Of a stretch of DNA of 32,000 nucleotides, positions 28,401-32,000 are shown piece after piece. Both the position numbers and the translations under genes were made by a program. The notes beneath the pieces were generated by a model. The model ran no database searches. It was not told the origin of the DNA and was given only the letters and a program-made list of their open reading frames with translations. This DNA is from Acaryochloris marina S15. GTDB taxonomy: Bacteria; Cyanobacteriota; Cyanobacteriia; Thermosynechococcales; Thermosynechococcaceae. Each line of letters starts with the position of its first letter. Position 1 is the first letter of the stretch. The stretch covers positions 3,930,001 to 3,962,000 of the forward strand of contig NZ_CP064923.1 of assembly GCF_018336915.1 (NCBI RefSeq), read 5' to 3'.

Positions 28401-30481
28401 TTACTCAACGGCAAAAAGCCGAAAAAGATCTGGAGCAAGCCAATCAACAATTGGCAGACTATTCTCAAACCCTAAAACAGAAAGTTAAAGAACGCACTAT
28501 TGCTCTACAGATCACCAAAGAACAGGTCGAAAAAGCCAATGAGTATGAACAGGCCCTTAACCGCATCACGAAAGATATTCGCCGCAGCTTAAACCTCAAG
28601 GATATTTTTGCCACAACAACCCAGGCAGTCAGACCCATTCTGGATTGTGAACGGGTCACGGTCTATAAATTTGACGCGGATTGGGGCGGCAAGTTTATCT
28701 TTGAATCCAAACAAGAGCCTCTAGAACCGCTAGTGTTCAGTTCTCGTCAAGCTGAATGGAATGATTCCTTCTTAGTGAATGACGAGGGAAATCTCTGCAT
28801 TTTTAACGCCACTTATCAGGTTGAGGATATTTACGAGAAAGGACTTTCACTCTGTCATCTTGAGGTTCTGGAACGATTTAACATCAGAGCTTACCTCGTC
28901 GTACCGATTTATGTTGGCAATAAGTTGTGGGGGTTACTGGCTGCTTACAATCATTCTCAACCGCGAGAGTGGCAGCCCGGTGAAGTCAGGCTATTTGAGC
29001 AGGTGAGTAGCCATTTAGGCGTTGCCCTCAAACAAGCAGAGTTGCTGTCAGCAATGGCTGAAGCCAAAGAAAAAGCCGATGCTGCAAACGAAGCCAAAAG
29101 CCTTTTCCTGGCCAATATGAGCCATGAATTACGCACGCCCCTCAACGGCATCCTGGGCTATGCCCAAATCCTGCACCGCTCAGAATCCCTATCGGGTAAA
29201 GGACGAGAGGGAGTTGACACCATTTATCAGTGTGGTTCCCACCTCCTGAACCTGATTAATGATGTTCTCGACATTTCTAAGATTGAAGCCCTCAAGCTGA
29301 AACTGGCTCCTAAAGCTATCAATCTGCCCTCATTGCTACAGAATGTTGTGGAAATGTGCAGAGTTAAAGCAGAACAGAAGGAGATTGTCTTTACCTATCA
29401 GCCCAGCTCCCAGCTCCCTCAGCAGGTGGAAGTGGATGACAAACGCCTACAGCAAGTCCTGCTCAATCTATTGGGGAATGCTGTTAAATTTACGGATCAT
29501 GGCTCAGTTACTTTTTCTGTCGAGGTCTCCCCCCTTTCGGATCAACGTATTGCCTTAGATTTTCGGGTGGTCGATACAGGGGTAGGTATCGCTCACCAAG
29601 ATGTGGCAAAACTCTTCCAGTCCTTTGAACAGGTGGGCGATCAGCATAAGCAAGCGGAAGGGACAGGCTTGGGACTCGCCATTAGTCAGCGTATTGTCCA
29701 ACTGATGGGCAGTGAAATTCAAGTCGCCAGTCAACCTGAACAAGGCAGTGAGTTTTTCTTTACGGTCAATCTTCCCCTAGGGAAGCCCATGGAGGCTCAG
29801 CAGCAGAGTAGCCCGATGATTGTCGATTACAGAGGTAAACGACGTCAGGTTTTAGTCATTGATGATCGGTGGGAAAATCGGGTTGTTCTATCAACGTTGT
29901 TAGAGTCTGTGGGCCTGACGGTACTTGAAGCAGAACAGGGACAGGCTGGACTCGACATTCTAAAACAGGTCAAACCTGATCTAGTGATTACGGATCTCGT
30001 CATGCCTGTGATGGATGGGTATGACTTTTTGGCTGCAGTTCGTCAGTCTGAAGCTATTCAAGGGACTCAGGTGATTGTTTCGTCAGCAACATTTACTCAA
30101 AATGTTCAGAAGAGAGCATTTAATGCGGGCTGTAATGCTTTTTTGCCAAAACCCATCGATGCTCAGGAACTCTATAACACCCTTGCAGAACAACTACAGC
30201 TGGAGTGGATTTATGAAACACCGGCAGAGGGGCATCCCTCGACACCTGCAGACAATACTGCCCAAATAAAGATTCCCACAGCAGCGGAACTGGAAGTTTT
30301 GCTTGAATTCGCTGCTAGCGGCATCATCAAAGATTTCCGCGAGCAGCTCGCTCAATTAGTGGCATCCAACCTAGAGTATGCAGCCTTTGCCCAACCTCTA
30401 ATGGTTCTATCCAAACAGTTCAAGATTGAAGAGATAGAGGTTCTGCTTGAAGATTATCTAAACCCATCGGACCCAGGATGA
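22409..30481 (+). CDS. Giant HstK-type multi-kinase sensor 2: Ser/Thr-kinase-like domain, STAND/AAA ATPase, helical repeats, GAF, 4 PAS, a second (phytochrome/CBCR-like) GAF, HisKA-HATPase_c, REC and a C-terminal tail
   Basis: Uninterrupted 8.07-kb ORF.
- Kinase motifs: [12 protein letters not shown] (from 22808), DFS, APE.
- P-loop GFSGIGKT (23414-23437).
- GAF1 at about 26464-26960.
- PAS units at about 26969-28420.
- GAF2 at 28541-29089 with LSLCH (Cys codon 28853-28855).
- H-box His codon 29123-29125.
- REC Asp codon 29993-29995 (LVITDLVMP). Confidence 0.9.
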   Translation: MTPIIDVPLPSIPGYTLSEQIYEGHHSAVYRAFSVARKQSVILKVLRSRHPNLRELVKFRNQFTLTQNLDIPGVVTPLCLVPWNSSYVLVMADHHALSLHDYCHHQPLGWPQVLELALQLADILHHLSQSRIIHKDIKPANVLMHPHSMEVWLIDFSIASLLPKERQVLQSPGDLEGTLAYLAPEQTGRMNRGIDYRTDFYGLGVTLYELLTGKLPFLTDDWMELIHCHLAKLPPPPHKVNPQIPIPVSRLVLKLMAKTAEDRYQSALGLKHDLQRCLELSNEQTSFEIFELGLRDVCDRFLIPEKLYGRAIEVQTLLNAFERVAHGCSELVLVAGFSGIGKTAVVHEVHKPITQKKGYFIQGKFDQFNRNIPFSAFIQAFRGLMGQLLGESDSRLDRWKAKILEAVGDSGQVLLEVIPELEHIIGEQPTVPELSGLSAQNRFNRLFSQFVQVFTTPEHPLVIFVDDLQWVDSASLSLLKLLMVDAQAGHLLVLGAYRDNEVFPAHMLMLTLAELEKQDASLHTITLAPLESAHVNQLVADTLLCEPEVAAPFSKLVFQKTQGNPFFMTQFLQGLQSDGHLTFNHDLGYWQCDLAQVQQLALTDDVVAFMEERLQKLPLLTQEVLKLAACIGNLFDLATLSLVCDRTPQTVASDLWPALQAGLVIPESAIYKFFQGENRDLTDTAAITTSYRFLHDRVQQAAYTLIPDAQKQTTHVNIGRSLLKRLSPIDIEERLFDIVNHWNVGIAALTDPAEQQQLCQLNLRAGEKAKGAIAYDMAQHYAAIAVQFLQPESWQTDYAQTLAIHNLSAEAAYLNGDFAQVTYWTGLILQHTQGLDQTKAYEINILATVAQKQFLEAIELGRQVLHQLDIDIPREPDVQEIQRALDATAELVPQAKIQSLVDLPVMTDPKSLAALRILNSIAVSVYLAQPQLFPLIVLAQVKLSILHGNAPISAGAYARYSLVLCGKVNDIETGYAFGQLALTLSDQFGNREINTRVLLMVGALTLPWQQHLNTVIPLLQQAYIDGLESGSLEAAALSHYYESQSAYLVGQELREFEQQARLYSEHICQIKQAVHLQNNELLRQVALNLMGDGENPWALKGEAFDETVMLSQYQASNNLLGLFCFHLHKLMLCYWFNQPEQAIEHAQQAVDYLSGVTAQATVPVFYFYDSLARLSESVFDGGSATLERSDPSSNLEVIHKNRAKLDHWAQFCPENFQHKLDLIDAEYHARLGQKLEAIEAYDHAIQGAKKNQYVQEEALANELAAKFYLNWGKEQAAVGYLQAAYYCYTRWGAKAKTADLERCYPHLFQPILQQSTQGSTSLDTLNRIAPLNLSIHSSTSTSQPSTQGVNQTLDFAAILKSGQVLSTSLHLDELLEKLARILLQTSGADRLQLLLPEENGAWQIRVTATPETMQLGSIPLNDPANFPIQLIQYVKHTQEVLCIDGSEADHPIVDQYLQQHQPRSVICLPLLYQGNLNGLLYLENQSAVGVFTCDRITVLNFLCSQAAISLENARLFESATLKSSIIESAIDGMAILEDDKFIYLNAAHISLFGYEVEELMGQSWEKLYAPVEVQRLRKIIFSSLAKTGQWLGEATATRKDGSSFAEEMSVFLLEDGKLICICRDISVRKQLELEQTQLYESLALKSSAIEASDAGIAILQDGKYIYLNDSHLSLLGYEPHELIGASWEILYAPEEAERLNQHIFPQLASEGRWLGEATARRKDGSYFPQEVSLSAFKDNTVICICRDISDRKRLEQDQSRLTAVLEATPDYIGIASATGEILWHNRQLRALRSDLEQQKDHRSIADCHPDWVRQIIVEEALPTAIQAGSWTGELALLDGNGNEIPVSQVIIAHKAADGTVENFSTIMRDIRDRKAAEANLRASEQRFRRAIEDAPFPIMIHAEDGEVLQISSTWTELTGYTHADIPTTRDWAQRAYGTDAPHILEVMALKYSRTTHWDEGEFVIRKKDGDYCFWQFSSAPLGTLPDDRRLVISMAVDVTQRQKAEKDLEQANQQLADYSQTLKQKVKERTIALQITKEQVEKANEYEQALNRITKDIRRSLNLKDIFATTTQAVRPILDCERVTVYKFDADWGGKFIFESKQEPLEPLVFSSRQAEWNDSFLVNDEGNLCIFNATYQVEDIYEKGLSLCHLEVLERFNIRAYLVVPIYVGNKLWGLLAAYNHSQPREWQPGEVRLFEQVSSHLGVALKQAELLSAMAEAKEKADAANEAKSLFLANMSHELRTPLNGILGYAQILHRSESLSGKGREGVDTIYQCGSHLLNLINDVLDISKIEALKLKLAPKAINLPSLLQNVVEMCRVKAEQKEIVFTYQPSSQLPQQVEVDDKRLQQVLLNLLGNAVKFTDHGSVTFSVEVSPLSDQRIALDFRVVDTGVGIAHQDVAKLFQSFEQVGDQHKQAEGTGLGLAISQRIVQLMGSEIQVASQPEQGSEFFFTVNLPLGKPMEAQQQSSPMIVDYRGKRRQVLVIDDRWENRVVLSTLLESVGLTVLEAEQGQAGLDILKQVKPDLVITDLVMPVMDGYDFLAAVRQSEAIQGTQVIVSSATFTQNVQKRAFNAGCNAFLPKPIDAQELYNTLAEQLQLEWIYETPAEGHPSTPADNTAQIKIPTAAELEVLLEFAASGIIKDFREQLAQLVASNLEYAAFAQPLMVLSKQFKIEEIEVLLEDYLNPSDPG
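26969..27706 (+). repeat. Intragenic tandem duplication of a 123-codon PAS module in sensor 2
   Basis: Unit 1 (26969-27337) is LKSSIIESAIDGMAILEDDKFIYLNAAHISLFGYEVEELMGQSWEKLYAP...GQWLGEATATRKDGSSF...ICICRDISVRKQLE. Unit 2 (27338-27706) is LKSSAIEASDAGIAILQDGKYIYLNDSHLSLLGYEPHELIGASWEILYAP...GRWLGEATARRKDGSYF...ICICRDISDRKRLE. The period is exactly 369 nt. Confidence 0.8.
28541..29089 (+). other. Phytochrome/cyanobacteriochrome-like GAF domain with a Cys-His motif (domain of sensor 2 that is absent from sensor 1)
   Basis: CERVTVYKFDADWGGKFIFES...VEDIYEKGLSLCHLEVLERFNIRAYLVVPIYVGNKLWGLLAAYNHSQPREWQPGEVRLFEQVSSHLGVALKQAELL follows the bilin-GAF pattern DRV.iY.F..dW.G.vvaEs ... diy.agl..CH...L..f.v.A.LvvPI....LWGLL.a......R.W...E..ll.q...ql.iAi.QaeL. 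Confidence 0.6.
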
Positions 30482-30749
30482 TGTGCTGACATGATCCCAT
30501 TGCACCTTAAATCTATTGCAGCTTATGAGTTTTTGAGATTTGCAGATGAGCCTCTTAGCGGCCCCTTTCCTGAGATTTTGCATCCAAGGTAGTGGCGATG
30601 ACCGCACATCTTTTTCCCCGATTCACGTTCCTTCATTCAAACTATGAGGCAATGGATTTTGGGGAGAGTGCCGGAAAGCAGTTCATTACTAGATTATGCA
30701 ACTTCTGCTTTTCTGGGCATTCTCAATAGTAAGGGCTATTACAGGGAAT

Positions 30750-32000
30750 ATGGAGCATTCATCTGTTCGCTTACCTCATCATATGATTCTCCAGGGATAC
30801 GCCCCCCTGGAGATCCTATATGAAGGACAAAACACGCTGGTCTACAAAGCCCTGCGGCTTGAGGATCGCACCCCTGTCATTATTAAAACGTCTTCGCCTC
30901 ATGTAGCCCGACAATATTCCGATTATCTGACTTTTCGTAATCAATTCACAATTGGCTACGATCTTGACCATCCTGGAATTATCCAGCTTTTTAGTCTAGA
31001 ACCTTGCAGCCATACCTATGCTTTGGTGATGGAAGATATGCAGGGGATTCCTCTGTCTGAGTTCTTGCAGTCTTCTGTCTCTCTCACAGATGGCTTAAAT
31101 ATTGCTCTACAACTGGCAGAAGTGCTGCATTACCTTGGTCAACAGCGTGTCCTTCACAAGGATATCAAGCCTGCCAATATTCTGATTCATCCCCAAACGC
31201 TGCAGGTTAAACTCATTGACTTTGGGATTGCTTCCCTCTTACCCAAAGAGACCCAAGAGATCAAAAACCCCAATACCCTAGAAGGCACCTTAGCCTATAT
31301 GGCCCCAGAACAAACGGGGCGAATGAACCGAGGGATTGATTTTAGAAGTGACTTCTATGGCTTGGGCATCACGCTATTCGAGTTGTTTGCAGGGCAATTG
31401 CCGTTCCAAGTGGATAAGCCGATGGCATGGCTACATTGTCATATTGCCCAAGTGCCGCCTTCTCTAACGGAGTTTGGGGTACCAGAAGCTGTGGCGAAGG
31501 TCGTGGCTAAGCTACTGGCTAAAAATGCGGAAGATCGCTACCAGAGTGCGTTGGGGTTGAAACATGACTTAAAGCATTGCCTGACTCAATTAACGGAGCA
31601 GGGAGGGATTGAACCGTTTGAGTTGGGTAAAAAGGATGTGTGCGATCGCATCTTGATACCCGAAAAACTCTATGGTCGTGAGGCAGAAGTCAAAGCCTTA
31701 CTAGAGGCCTTTGACCGAGTCGCTCAGGGCAGTTCAGAACTGATGTTGGTATCAGGTTTCTCTGGGATTGGTAAAACGGCAGTCGTCAATGAAGTTCACA
31801 AACCTATCACCCAGAGACAGGGCTATTTCATCAAAGGCAAGTTTGACCAATTCAATCGAAATATTCCCTTTTCTGCCTTTGTCCAAGCCTTTCGTCGTTT
31901 GATAGGTCAACTGCTCGGGGCATCGGATGCTGACTTAAGACATTGGCGAGCCAAAATCTTAGCGGCTGTAGGCGAAAGTGGGCAAGTTCTGATTGAAGTC
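30750..32000 (+). CDS. Giant HstK-type multi-kinase sensor 3, N-terminal 417 codons only (kinase-like domain plus start of the AAA ATPase); continues beyond the window
   Basis: It is missing from the supplied ORF track because it has no stop within the window. Hand translation from ATG 30750 gives MEHSSVRLPHHMILQGYAPLEILYEGQNTLVYKALRLEDRTPVIIKT...[29 protein letters not shown]...[22 protein letters not shown]...[47 protein letters not shown]. This is colinear with paralogues 1 and 2 and open to nt 32000. Confidence 0.85.
   Translation, partial: MEHSSVRLPHHMILQGYAPLEILYEGQNTLVYKALRLEDRTPVIIKTSSPHVARQYSDYLTFRNQFTIGYDLDHPGIIQLFSLEPCSHTYALVMEDMQGIPLSEFLQSSVSLTDGLNIALQLAEVLHYLGQQRVLHKDIKPANILIHPQTLQVKLIDFGIASLLPKETQEIKNPNTLEGTLAYMAPEQTGRMNRGIDFRSDFYGLGITLFELFAGQLPFQVDKPMAWLHCHIAQVPPSLTEFGVPEAVAKVVAKLLAKNAEDRYQSALGLKHDLKHCLTQLTEQGGIEPFELGKKDVCDRILIPEKLYGREAEVKALLEAFDRVAQGSSELMLVSGFSGIGKTAVVNEVHKPITQRQGYFIKGKFDQFNRNIPFSAFVQAFRRLIGQLLGASDADLRHWRAKILAAVGESGQVLIEV

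Larger units (their letters stand above)
4691..31649. repeat. HIP1 (highly iterated palindrome GCGATCGC), 16 dispersed copies
   Basis: Exact octamers start at 4691, 4725, 5820, 10019, 10211, 17825, 19013, 19787, 20180, 23301, 24339, 24722, 26886, 27654, 28020 and 31642. About 0.5 copies are expected by chance in 32 kb. HIP1 is a hallmark of many cyanobacterial genomes. Confidence 0.9.

Noticed and set aside
28790-28800. A second (DXCF-type) chromophore Cys in the sensor 2 bilin-like GAF (Cys in GNLCIF)
   Set aside because: The residue spacing places the DXCF position at WNDSFL, which has Phe rather than Cys. The GNLCIF Cys is only 19 residues from the canonical Cys and is not in a D-x-C-F context.
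22422-30269. Nested ORFs inside sensor 2 (for example 22646-22849, 23506-23739, 24193-24471, 24337-24618, 24395-24793, 24631-24933, 26458-26682, 27109-27354, 27829-28146, 28465-28659, 28779-29006, 28957-29151, 29343-29558, 29555-29743, 30075-30269)
   Set aside because: The same reasoning applies: they are shadow frames of an 8-kb domain-rich ORF. Their Arg/Ser/Pro-rich translations are characteristic of off-frame reading.
1-32000. Mobile elements, prophage, tRNA, rRNA or CRISPR
   Set aside because: No transposase, integrase or phage structural motifs were recognised. There are no terminal inverted repeats flanking the AT-rich stretches, no cloverleaf-like or rRNA-like sequences in the intergenic regions, and no repeat-spacer periodicity.

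Overview
All homology calls below come from motif recognition by eye; no database search was possible. The window looks like a cyanobacterial chromosome segment. It holds 16 copies of the HIP1 octamer GCGATCGC (fewer than 1 expected by chance) and is mid-40s % GC by eye. The giant-kinase content resembles Acaryochloris or Nostocales genomes, but the taxon cannot be verified here.

The left part (1-11.9 kb) is mostly ordinary small genes:
- a partial sodium:solute symporter
- a gene-sparse, very AT-rich stretch with three small ORFs, one a stand-alone DUF4347 domain protein
- a YyaL/DUF255 thioredoxin-domain protein
- a tightly coupled three-gene operon ending in a zinc-finger HNH nuclease
- an AT-rich DUF2004-like gene
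- yaiI
- an alpha/beta-hydrolase plus SAM-methyltransferase operon
- a YfcG-type glutathione S-transferase

At 12.0-13.2 kb there is an HPr-kinase-like P-loop protein. It is followed by a 50-aa ORF absent from the ORF track. That ORF's N-terminus matches the lasso-peptide leader consensus YxxPxLx3Gx5Tx position for position, yet no cyclase, protease, RRE or exporter is nearby. This is the most interesting candidate system in the window.

The right 60% (13.4-32 kb) is a head-to-tail array of three giant HstK-type paralogues (2967 aa, 2690 aa, and a third truncated by the window end and absent from the ORF track). Their architecture is Ser/Thr-kinase-like domain, STAND/AAA ATPase, helical repeats, GAF, PAS array, HisKA/HATPase and REC. 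The array shows several signs of modular evolution:
- a near-identical patch between paralogues 1 and 3, suggesting gene conversion
- a low-GC mosaic segment inside paralogue 1
- a tandem PAS duplication in paralogue 2
- a 183-aa phytochrome/cyanobacteriochrome-like GAF with a Cys-His motif inserted in the signalling helix of paralogue 2
- HIP1 octamers at homologous domain junctions

No tRNA, rRNA, CRISPR array, transposase or integrase was recognised.
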